A stretch of DNA of 64,000 bases from Geosiphon pyriformis uo1 (lineage: Eukaryota > Fungi > Glomeromycota), in assembly GCA_016748015.1 (NCBI GenBank), contig JAAOMT010000040.1, positions 248,001 to 312,000 on the forward strand, given 5' to 3'. A program made the position numbers and the translations under genes. The notes beneath the pieces were generated by a model, which did not search any database, was not told the origin of the DNA, and saw nothing but the letters and a program-made list of their open reading frames with translations. Every line of letters begins with the position of its first letter. Position 1 is the first letter of the stretch. Of this stretch, positions 26,516-38,083 are shown in pieces.

Positions 26516-29500
26516 GTGGCGACAAAAACCCCTAATCTTACTGTTCTTGAATTCTGCCGTGCTATTTACACACAAAATCAAAGTGATCTTGGATTACCAG
26601 AAGGGTGTTGTCCAGCAGAATCTGCCCTCACTTATTATATCAACGCCAGAATAAATTATCATATAAGAAAGGAAGAAGAACCACATGACACAAAACTTGG
26701 ATTGTATAGAGAATTATCACAATACACTACAAAAGAAGTAACAGTAATAGCTGCAACTATTGTCAAAATCCATCGAAAAATTGAGCAATACACCAACGAA
26801 AATTTTCCAATATCCACAGGAAACACTAGGGAATATGCCAACAAAACCAAAGAAAATTTAGAAACTAATCAGGAAAGTAACCAGCAAAAACTAAGAACAC
26901 CAGCTCAAACGCCAAAGAAAACTGTCACTCAATCAATAAAAAAACAACGTATTTATTCACCAGAAGATAAATCATACCATTTTTCACCAGAAAATAAGAT
27001 ACAAATTCCATTAGGAGCTGCATCATCATCAACATCAACTCCACAAACGCCAAGAACTCCTAGTTATATTGATAAAATTAAACAACGTAACTGGGGAGAC
27101 ATACCAATTATAGGAGAATATTTATCACTATTCCAAAACCCTTTTTTTCAGCCAAAATTTAGAACGGGGTTTGAAAACTGTGAAGAGGAGTCTGAATCAG
27201 AATCCGAAAAAGAGACCAGTGAAAAAACAATCACAAGACCAGTTACTGGAACAAGCAGCCAGTCCAGAAACCAAGAAACTTATGATCAAGAGAAAGAACT
27301 GGATATAAGGGAAGCCACCTTTAGGAACGCTCAAGGAAATATCATCCCACCTCCTCTTAGACCAATAAACCCATCAGCAGAAAACGGCAACGAAATGACC
27401 ACACCATACATTGCAAGACTAACAGATTTCTCAGGAGAGGAAGAAGAAACGGACATGCACACATGGCTCAGAGAAACACAAAAAGCCATCCAGGCAAATA
27501 ACTGGAATGACCAAAGAGCAATTCAAACATTACCTTTTTTCCTGAAAGGCACAGCCAACTCGTGGTATCAAAGTCTGGAAACAAAACCCACGAGCTTTGT
27601 CAAATTTAAAAATACACTCCTGGAGTATTTTAGTGATCCAAATGCCGTAATCCAACTATAGAACGAATTCAATACTATTAAGCAAAATACTGGTGAAACT
27701 GTCACCCAATACCTTGCTTGATTCAATCGAATTTGCCGTCAGATTGAAGCGATTGAACAAGGATACTACACTGATTCTCAGGTTTTAAATCAGTTTATTA
27801 GAGGATTAAAAAGCAGCATTTTAGGAAGAGTATGCCCTGCCCACCCTAATTCCTTACCAGAAGCCATTACGCTCGCCAGAGCCCTTAAATCGGCTAAGAA
27901 AGAAGCTAACCATAGTCAAATGGTTAACATGGTAATGGAGGAAAATAAGACAGAAACATTAGAGAAAAGAGTAACGCGATTAGGGGAGGAACTCTCTAAG
28001 AAAATAGAAAGTTACCTCATCCCGGATCTGAGAAAAAATACATACCAACCACCCCAAAGACGCAGCCAGGAAGTCAGTGACAGTCGAAATAATCGCCCAT
28101 CGTGCCAGGAATTCAGAACAGAAACACGCGCCTGCCATTTTTGCAAACGCGTAGGACATTTGATTAGTCAATGTCGAACGCGAATGATGCAGGAAGCACG
28201 CAAAAATAATTACTATGCGCCACCCCAAATGCCCAGAAACCAGTACACGCCAATACCACGCCAATATCCCACCACGTATCAAAATCAAGGAACTTACCAG
28301 CAACAGCCCATGATAGCCAACCCGAATTGGCGTCCCGAGGCCCGAAATCAGCCCATGTGGAACCAGAACGCGTTGGTCCAGAGGAATCCAAACCACGCCG
28401 GAACCAATCAGCAAACCAATCCAAACTACCAAAATTATCAACAAACTTACCTTAATATACTGGAAAACCTGATCATTGGAAACAATGACAGTAGAAACAT
28501 AAACAGAACCAAAAATTCCTCCAAATTGAGCCAGACAATACCACCAGCAGTTGCCACCGAAGATAGCAGCCTCGCAGCTATTTTTCCTTTTGAATTAGAG
28601 GAAAACGAGGCTATGTTCAGTGGAGCAGCATTGGACGAAAAATGCCCAATCACTGCTATGTATATGGAAGCCACTGTAAACAATACTCCAATCAAACTTA
28701 TCTTAGACAGCGGATCCACTGGAAGCATCGTAACGCTTCAACTAGNNNNNNNNNNNNNNNNNNNNGAACGCGCCAACAAAACCAAAGAAAATTTAGAAAC
28801 TAATCAGGAAAGTAACCAGCAAAAACTAGAAACACCAGCTCAAACGCCAAAGAAAACTGTCACTCAATCAATAAAAAAACAACGTATTTATTCACCAGAA
28901 GATAAATCATACCATTTTTCACCAGAAAATAAGATACAAATTCCATTAGGAGCTGCATTATTATCAACATCAACTCCACAAACGCCAAGAACTCCTAGTT
29001 ATATTAATAAAATTAAACAACGTAACTGGGGAGACATACCAATTACAGGAGGATATTCATCACTATTCCAAAACCCTCTTTTTCAGCCAAAATTTAGAAC
29101 GGGGTTTGAAAACCATGAAGAGGAGTCTGAATCAGAATCCGAAAAAGAGACCAGTGAAAAAACAATCACAAGACCAGTCACTGGAACAAGCAGCCAGTCC
29201 AGAAACCAAGAAACTCGTGATCAAGAGGAAAAACCGGATATAAGGGAAGCCACCTTTAGGAACACTCAAGGAAATATCATCCCACCTCCTCTTAGACCAA
29301 TAAACCCATCAGCAGAAAACGGCAACGAAATGACCACACCATACATTGCAAGACTAACAGATTTCTCAGGAGAGGAAGAAGAAACAGACATGCACACATG
29401 GCTCAGAAAAGCACAAAAAGCCATCCAGGCAAATAACTGGAATGACCAAAGAGCAATTCAAACATTACCTTTCTTCCTGAAAGGCACAGCTGACTCGTAG

Positions 29501-32500
29501 TATCAAAGCCTGGAAACAAAACCCACGAGCTTCGCCGAATTTAAAAATGCACTCCTGGAGTATTTTAGCGACCCAAACGCCGTAATCCAACTACAGAACG
29601 AATTCAATACTATCAAGCAAAATACTGGTGAAACTGTCACCCAATACCTTGCTTGATTCAATCGAATTTGCCGTCAGATTGAAGCGATTGAACAAGGATA
29701 CTACACTGATCCTCAGGTTTTAAATCAGTTTATTAGAGGATTAAAAAGCANNNNNNNNNNNNNNNNNNNNCCGTTGTAACAAAGAAAAATACGGTTACCC
29801 AGAAAGACACGGAAAATGGGACGAGGAACCGTGCCTCGCTTGTGGAGAACTGTTACCAAGAGGGTGTGACTGGAACGACTTACCAGGCAGAGGAGGAACG
29901 TGTGACACAACTTGCCAATACACGATCCTCATCTGTGACTGGGTAAGAGGAGGAATGCTGTTCGAAGCAGTGTTCAACAGAGCGTTAAAAAGACTACAGC
30001 ACTACCCACACGACGAGGACGAGTTGTACAACACCGCACAAGCCAAAGTAAGAGGAGGAACCGCTGAAGAAATACGACGTTGGAAAGAGTCAGCCGAAAT
30101 AGCCGACGAAGTCGCCAGCTACAATATGTTCAACCCAGTGGACGAATTCCAGAACTACTACCAACAACTATGCCTCACTCGACAAGAGCAAAAACAATAC
30201 CTCGCTCAAATCAACACTTACCTCTGCGAAAACTGTCTTATCCCATGCCAAAGTCAGTGCTGTGAAGAGTGTCAAGATGAAAGGGACTTAGAAAGAAAAA
30301 TGGAAATTGAGAATCAGCAGTCTCAAAATCAATCAATAAATCAACAAGACTCACTTGACAGTCCCGAGTCAGAAAAATTTGTAGCCTATACCGACCTAGA
30401 ACAGGTGACCGACATCTGATACTTCAACAACGGGCACTTAGGAATAATACCCGAAAGAGCCCATCCAACCGACACCAGATTCAATCTACGTTATCCAGAA
30501 GACCAATCCACAACATTACCACCCAGAAGCATCACCAAAATCGACCTAAAATTAGCGGTTGAAATTCCGCCAGGAATAATGGTTCAAATGGCGTCGCGAT
30601 CAAGCCTCGCGAAAAAAGGAATAAGTGTTCAAGGAGGAGTAATTGACTCCAGATACACTGGAAATTTGATGGTTTTGCTACAGAACAATTCAGAAAAGCC
30701 TTATACCATTGAATCTAAGGAAAAGATTGCACAAGCAATTTTCCTACCATTGGTAAAAATTGGGAAATTCGTGCCAGTGGAAAATCGTGAGGAATTGTCA
30801 CAAACAACAAGAGGAACTTTTGGTTTCGGATCGACAAAAAAAGGAATTGAAGCGAATTTCGCTGAAACAATAGAGGAAAAAGGCGAAGTAATTAAAATTG
30901 AGCGGTCCATCATGCTCCTACCATATGGAAAATCAGAAATAAGAATAAAAAGGACAATTAAAGAAAAAGACCTAATATTTGAGCCCTATCCAGAAACTTG
31001 CCAACAGTTTCTCATAAGACTTACTAACCTTTTTATTCCAGCTGATAAAGCTCAATGGATAAAAATTCCTATCGCAAACATCACAGAAAAACCCATCTAC
31101 ATTCCGGAAGATACCATCATTGGATACCTCGGAACAGAGCTAGAAAACGCGTCAACACTACAAGAAATTCTAAATTTCCCAGAAATCGCCCTCTACTGTG
31201 AACTCACTTCAATAAATTGGCAACAACCAGTAGAATGCTATCAATTTACGCCAGAAGAATTGGCCAAATTAAACATTGGAACAATGGATCCCGACCAACA
31301 GCGACAATTAAAAGCATTAATTTTAAAATACTCTGATATATTTTCAAGAAATAGCGAATTTGGAAGAACCAACTTGGTTCAACACCAANNNNNNNNNNNN
31401 NNNNNNNNTGAATTAGAGGAAAACGAGGCTATGTTCAGTGGAGCAGCATTGGACGAAAAATGCCCAATCACTGCTATGTATATGGAAGCCACTGTAAACA
31501 ATACTCCAATCAAACTTATCTTAGACAGCGGATCCACTGGAAGCATCGTAACGCTTCAACTAGTAAACCAACTGGGTTTCAAAGTTGATTGTGCCGCGAT
31601 GTCCCAAATCATAACAGCCGATGGAAGTACAAAGCTGCCTTATGGCGAAATCGACTCATTCCCTTTCGAAATTAATGGCATAGTAATACCTACAAAAGTA
31701 TTAGTAATGGACGCTACACAATATCAAGCGTTAGTAGGGAATAACTGGCTAACAAAAGCCAATGCCACCCTAGACTGGACCACCCAAGAGCTTCTGATCA
31801 ATTATAATGGCCACTAGGCCAAAATTCCAGCCACCTGTGGCCACTTCCAAAAACCCAGCGCCAACNNNNNNNNNNNNNNNNNNNNACGCCAGAAGAATTG
31901 GCCAAATTAAACATTGGAACAATGGATCCCGACCAACAGCGACAATTAAAAGCATTAATTTTAAAATACTCTGATATATTTTCAAGAAATAGCGAATTTG
32001 GAAGAACCAACTTGGTTCAACACCAAATCTCCACTGGAAACGCCAGACCTGAAAAACAATGCGCTTACTGTGTTCCACCAATGGAGCATAATTTTATCAA
32101 AGAAGAAGTCCAAAGCATGTTGGAAAAAGGAATAATACAACCATCAATGAGCTCATGGTCCTCACCAGTTGTTTTAGTAAGGAAAAAGAACGGAAAAATT
32201 AGATTTTGCGTCGACTATCGCAAACTAAACAGCAAAACAACCAAAAACTCATACCCAATACCGTTAATTGACGAAATTTTCGACGTTTTTGGAGGAGCAA
32301 AATGGTTTTCTACACTGGACTTGACCAGTGGGTATTGGCAAGTGGAAATGGACCCAAAGGACAGGCATAAAACAGCATTCACAACACAAAATGGCAATTA
32401 TGAGTTCAATGTAATGCCATTTGGATTAACAAACGCTCCCACAACATTCCAAAGACTAATGGACGTAATTTACTCCGGAATCCTGTGGCAATCCGTTGTT

Positions 32501-33293
32501 GTCTACTTGGATGATACAAATGTTTTCTCGTCAAAATTCACGGATCATCTCCAACATTTACAACAAGTTTTTGAGAGATTGAGACACGCTGAACTTAAAC
32601 TAAATCTAGAAAAATGTTTCTTTGGGAAAAATGAGCTAGCATTTTTAGGACACGTAATTGGAAAAGATGGAATAAAACCAGATTCATCAAAAATAGACAA
32701 AGTGAAAAATTTTCCAGTACCTCGAAACGTCTCAGAAGTTAGAAGCTTTTTAGGACTCGCATCTTACTACCGCCGCTTTGTAGAAAACTTTTCAAACATC
32801 GCTACTATCTAAAAATGTGAAGTTTGAATGGACTGAAGCACAACAAAAAGCTTTTGAGTACCTTAGACAAAAGCTCATTGAATCACCAATAATGATCTAT
32901 CCGAATTTTAACAAGAAATTCATTTTGGCCACAGATGCCTCTAGAACTGGACTTGGAGCCATTCTGTCACAAAAAGATGATAATGGAAGAGAACGTGTAA
33001 TCGCTTATGCCAGCAGAAGTCTCAATACGGCAGAACAAAACTATGCAGCACATGAACTTGAATGCTTAGCAGTAGTCTGGAGTTGTGTTCACTTTGACAC
33101 ATATTTACGGTACCAATCCTTTGAGATTACGACAGATCATAGAGGTCTGGTCTGGTTAAATAACAAGAAAGCGCTAAAAGGAAAATACGCCAGATAGTCA
33201 TAAACGTTAGCACCATACGATTATATTATCAAATACAAAAAAGGTACCAAAAATGCTAATGCCGACTGTTTGTCAAGAATGAGACACACATAA
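26516..33293 (+). pseudogene. Element D Gag-protease-Cys-rich-dUTPase-RT-RNase H polyprotein (pieces duplicated or out of order at gaps)
   Basis: CHFCKRVGHLISQC, LILDSGSTGS, RSSLAKKG/GVIDSRYTG/RGTFGFGST, VVYLDDTNVF, TDASRTG, TDHRG, NADCLSRMRHT then TAA. Overlapping contigs join gag through RT in one frame. Confidence 0.92.
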
Positions 33294-33322
33294 AAATCAC
33301 CAACCCACCCGCCACAACAACA

Positions 33323-34702
33323 ATGAACAACCACCTTTACAAAAACCTCAGCCAATACTTGGAAACACTACAAATAGACAAAAAAATGCCAGTAAAAGAG
33401 CTAATTAAGCTCCAAAAATTAGCAAAACACTATTTCATCCAAAATCACATACTTTATTACCGGAATCAACAAAATCCAGATAATCCATTAAGAGTTATAA
33501 CCACGAATGAAAAAGAAACTATCTTATTTAACATGCACTCAGATATTCATTCAGACCACTTTGGAAAAACAGCAATCATCTAATGTGCAACTAGCCATTA
33601 CTATTGGCCAAAAATGAGCTCAGACATAATCCAATACATAAGAAATTGTGACCCATGCTAACGAAGAGGAGGAGCAAAAACAACGGAATTATTAAGACCA
33701 ATAAAAGTTGGACAGCCATTTGACAGAATCGGAATTGATTTAGTTGGACCCTTACCAATAACAACAAGAAACAACCATTATATTGCAGTAGCCATGGACT
33801 ATCTCACCAAATGGCCAGAAGCTAGAGCTATTAAAACAGCTGATGCTATTTCCGTAGCTCAATTCGTACATGAAGACTTAATTTGCTGACATGGATGTCC
33901 ACAAGAATTGCTATCAGATCAAGACACACACTTCGTAAACAGCACCTTAAAAGAACTTAGCCAAAAATTTGGAATCAAGCGACCACTGTCATCACCATAC
34001 CACCCTCAAACAAATGGATTAGTTGAAAGATTTAATCGCACATTATGTGAATCACTGGCAAAAATTAGTAACGAACATGAAAAAGAATGGGATTTGTTCA
34101 TACCAGCAGTACTACTAGCATATAGAACAATAAAACAAAATACTACACAATTCACACCATTCAAACTAGTTTATGGAAGAAAAGCCACATTACCCATTGA
34201 ACTTATTATTCCAACTTATCCGAGTGACACTATCATGGAAGCAACATTCCAGGAAACACTACTTAGAAGAACATACGAATTAATGAGAACTTTAGAAAAC
34301 AAAAGAAGAAAAGTAGCACAAAATATTGAACAATCACAAGAACAACAAAAAGTGAGACATGATAACCAGTTACCAGATAATATAATTAGCTACAAAATTG
34401 GAGATAAAGTATTGTTGCATTGTACAAAAATGGAAAAACAGTGGAGTGGAAAATTTGATCACAAGTGGAATGGACCATTTTATATTCATGAAATACTTGG
34501 AAATGGAGCATACAAGCTAAGACTAGATGATAAAATATTAAGAAAAGCAGCACATGGTAACCGGCTGAAATTCTATTACAGTAAACCAGTAATAACAACA
34601 AAAACACCCAGAATTAGAACACAATTACCTTTAATTCTACCAGAACAAATTCCACGAGATTTAGAACCAATAGTTTTAATTGAACATTATTCGAAAAGAT
34701 AA
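33323..34702 (+). pseudogene. Element D integrase, separate ORF (460 codons, few internal stops)
   Basis: Own ATG; HHCC, IGIDLVGP, LSDQ, NGLVERFN, WNGPFYIHEILGNGAYKL; no chromodomain seen. Confidence 0.93.
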
Positions 34703-34786
34703 TTAATCTTAGATCACAGCAAAAATGATTTAACAACCATAAAAACGCATGCAAAAGATTCCAAAATAACATTCAAAATTAAAACA

Positions 34787-35455
34787 ATGATACTTATTCC
34801 AGAAAACATCAACAATATAACTCAACAATTAGTTGAAAGCTTACAACAATTAAAATCCGATCTAGAAATCACAGTTAATAGCTCCAAAATAACATACATA
34901 AAAAGAACAATAGAAAATCCAAAAACAAGAAAAGAACATAATTTCGAACCATATAATATTGCCAAATATAACAACAAATTTATTAGCAAAGTTATTGAAA
35001 AATTAGAGATAGCATTGGGCAATACATTAATAATGGAAGAAATAGAAATAAGTGAATTAACACCAGACACATTTAGCAACTTGAAAACAAAATTCCCAAT
35101 TAATTACTGTTATTATCAACTAGGAAAGCACTTGAACATACAAACATTATACTTAAAAAACTCAACTAGAGTGTTTGACAAAACAACTATCCAACTATTA
35201 GAACCTTTCATTGGAAAAACCAACACTACATTCCATTCAAAAACAGTTTACAGAATTTTCAAAGCATTTGAAAACTGTCACAAATTATTGTTGGACCCAA
35301 CCATGAACATAATAACAACCAACAGTATTGGACGACTTACCAACTCGCAATTTCAAGAATTATAACAACAAATTAATAACACAGTATTGAACCACTATAG
35401 TAACTTAGAATTTAATGAAGAAATTAACTTCGATTTCGACGGAGCTCAATCTTGA
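34787..35455 (+). pseudogene. Element D ORF3, about 222 aa with one CAA>TAA stop at 35363
   Basis: 192-aa ORF that continues in frame to DFDGAQS*, which overlaps the PPT; homologous to ORF3 of A, B and C. Confidence 0.85.
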
Positions 35456-35468
35456 AAGGAGGGGATAA

Positions 35469-36948
35469 TGTTATGGTTTAAGAAGTTAGCAAAAAAAATC
35501 ATAAAAATAATACAAACTATTCAATCATAATATAGCACAGTAATAATCTTAGAAAAGTAATGATTAACATAGTAGCAAATACCATCTCGCAATAGTGACA
35601 AGCACCAGTTCACAATAGCAGACAACACNNNNNNNNNNNNNNNNNNNNCAATCCAAACTACCAAAATTATCAACAAACTTACCTTAATATACTGGAAAAC
35701 CTGATCATTGGAAACAATGACAGTAGAAACATAAACAGAACCAAAAATTCCTCCAAATTGAGCCAGACAATACCACCAGCAGTTGCCACCGAAGATAGCA
35801 GCCTCGCAGCTATTTTTCCTTTTGAATTAGAGGAAAACGAGGCTATGTTCAGTGGAGCAGCATTGGACGAAAAATGCCCAATCACTGCTATGTATATGGA
35901 AGCCACTGTAAACAATACTCCAATCAAACTTATCTTAGACAGCGGATCCACTGGAAGCATCGTAACGCTTCAACTAGTAAACCAACTGGGTTTCAAAGTT
36001 GATTGTGCCGCGATGTCCCAAATCATAACAGCCGATGGAAGTACAAAGCTGCCTTATGGCGAAATCGACTCATTCCCTTTCGAAATTAATGGCATAGTAA
36101 TACCTACAAAAGTATTAGTAATGGACGCTACACAATATCAAGCGTTAGTAGGGAATAACTGGCTAACAAAAGCCAATGCCACCCTAGACTGGACCACCCA
36201 AGAGCTTCTGATCAATTATAATGGCCACTAGGCCAAAATTCCAGCCACCTGTGGCCACTTCCAAAAACCCAGCGCCAACCAAAGACCTACCTTCGAATTT
36301 GAGGAAAATCCAGCACTACCAGCCATTGAAACCTATTAGCTCTCTTGGGCTGATGACCAAAAAACAGGACTACCAGCCATACCAACGTGGACCAGCGAAG
36401 AAAGATCCGAATGGAACCAGGTAAGTTCACGAAGAAACCACCAGCGACGCAGACCAAAGCTAGAATGCTCGGTTTGCAAGAAAAAACTCTCGTCTATGAC
36501 TGCGTGCAGCGCACCAGACGAAGACCCAAGAAACCCCACCCACTACTATTGTAACCGTTGTAACAAAGAAAAATACGGTTACCCAGAANNNNNNNNNNNN
36601 NNNNNNNNACTAATTGATAAAAGCTTTATTGTGAGAATTAGAAAAGTGCTAAAGACCATTAACATTCTGTGTTTCTAGATTAGAGAAACACATCAGACAA
36701 TTGCAAGGATAGCCTCAGAGAAGACCCCAGACAGTGGGTAGATTTCAGTTCAGCCTCTGAGAAGGAGTACATAAACACACACAACAATCAAGAATTAAAG
36801 AATAACTTACATCGCAACAGTAAAAAGAAAGCCTTCAGTGTAACAGTGACATTATCACACAAATAGAATTGAGGAACTCACGAAAGACTGATTGCAATTA
36901 AAGCGGGATATCAGCAATTAAATATAACAAAAAAACCATCCCGTAACA
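35469..36948 (+). repeat. Element D 3' LTR, split by two gaps and a misplaced gag-protease contig (35649-36588)
   Basis: 35469-35628 and 36609-36948 match the start and end of the 5' LTR. Confidence 0.9.
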
Positions 36949-37148
36949 ACACCATATTTTAAAATTATCCAGAAATACTACTATATTAAAAAATAAGAAC
37001 AATAACTATTAACCAGTGAAAATAAATAAACAATTCTTAATGTAAAGAAATAAGAAACAGAATTAAATAAACAGTATTAAAAAGAGAAATAATAGACTTA
37101 ATTCAAAATAAAGATTTTAATAGAGCTTAATATTAAAGAAAAAAATAA

Positions 37149-38083
37149 TATTACTTATAAAAAAAGATACAAAAAAAAAAGTAAGAAAAACAGATAAAAA
37201 AAATAGACCAATAGGAAAATAGTATTTAGCACAATATCAAAAAATTATGATATATTGTTTAACAATGTACATATTGTTAATGAATTATGATATACTGCTT
37301 AGCAATGAATATATTATTAAAAAATCATGGCATATTGTTTAACAATAAACATATTGTCTGAAAAAATAGGGCATATTGCTCAAAAAAATATGAAATCTTA
37401 TATAACAAGAATTATGTATATATAATAAGAGTATTAAAAACAAAAAAGATATATTTAATTAAAAAAATTCATTACAACCCATTAATTATTTAATATTTCT
37501 TCTTTCAAAAAGTAATTTCTATAATTTTAAGTGAAATTAAACCACATATTAATAAAATATTAATTTATTATCTAAATCCATATTATTATTATTTGATTAA
37601 AAAATATTAATCAATTTTATATTATTAACACTCCATGTTAATAGAATTTAAAACTTAATTATATTGGACCAATAACTCTTAATTATGGCTATTGACAGAA
37701 TATTAATTTTTTATTTTTTATTTTATTTTTTTTATTTTTTTTTATTTTTTTTATTTTATTTTTTTGTTGTTTACTAATTGATTAAAAAGATTAAGTGCTG
37801 AGTATTTAACATTAAAGATAGCCTGATAAAAGACCTAAAAACAAGGGTAAAAATTTAAGGATAGCTTATCAGAAAAGCATAATTATCAAAATAAACTGGT
37901 TATTATACTAAAGAAAAAAATTCATAAAAAAAACCATTAATTGAATCTCTGTTTATTATACAAAAAACTTAACCAAAACCTTCAGACTTCAAAACCTTCA
38001 GAAATTATCAACATTATCAGTTATTGAGCACTAAGTTATAAGTTTGTTATTTGTTTCAACACTTTAAATAATTACTTGTAATA
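37149..38083 (+). repeat. Element C 3' LTR (decayed)
   Basis: TATTACTTATA...CTTGTAATA (from TGTTACTCATA...CCTGTAACA); U5 collinear with the B LTR; its own GCATATTGCT-type U3 repeats. Confidence 0.85.

Larger units (their letters stand above)
11087..36608. other. Seven 20-N scaffold gaps (starting at 11087, 28746, 29751, 31389, 31866, 35629, 36589) with duplicated flanks
   Basis: Uniform gap size; sequence after most gaps repeats sequence present elsewhere in the same element. Confidence 0.95.
25568..36948 (+). mobile_element. Element D: youngest LTR retrotransposon of the group, internally mis-assembled
   Basis: LTRs TGTTA..GTAACA, perfect 4-bp TSD ACAC (25564-25567, 36949-36952), PBS, PPT 35454-35468. 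Confidence 0.95.
19424..38083 (+). mobile_element. Element C: heavily AT-converted relative of B, host of A (in gag) and D (in ORF3)
   Basis: Collinear with B from gag through protease, dUTPase, RT, RNase H, integrase (core deleted near 24490), ORF3 and 3' LTR; 5' part lies left of the window beyond A. Confidence 0.88.

Noticed and set aside
34787-35455. ORF3 as an env gene
   Set aside because: No visible signal peptide, furin site or transmembrane helix, and too short.
28746-36608. Triplicated protease and internal rearrangement of D as real biology
   Set aside because: Every junction is a 20-N gap and the protease copies look identical; this is a scaffold artefact. ORF-track fusions across X runs are not real.
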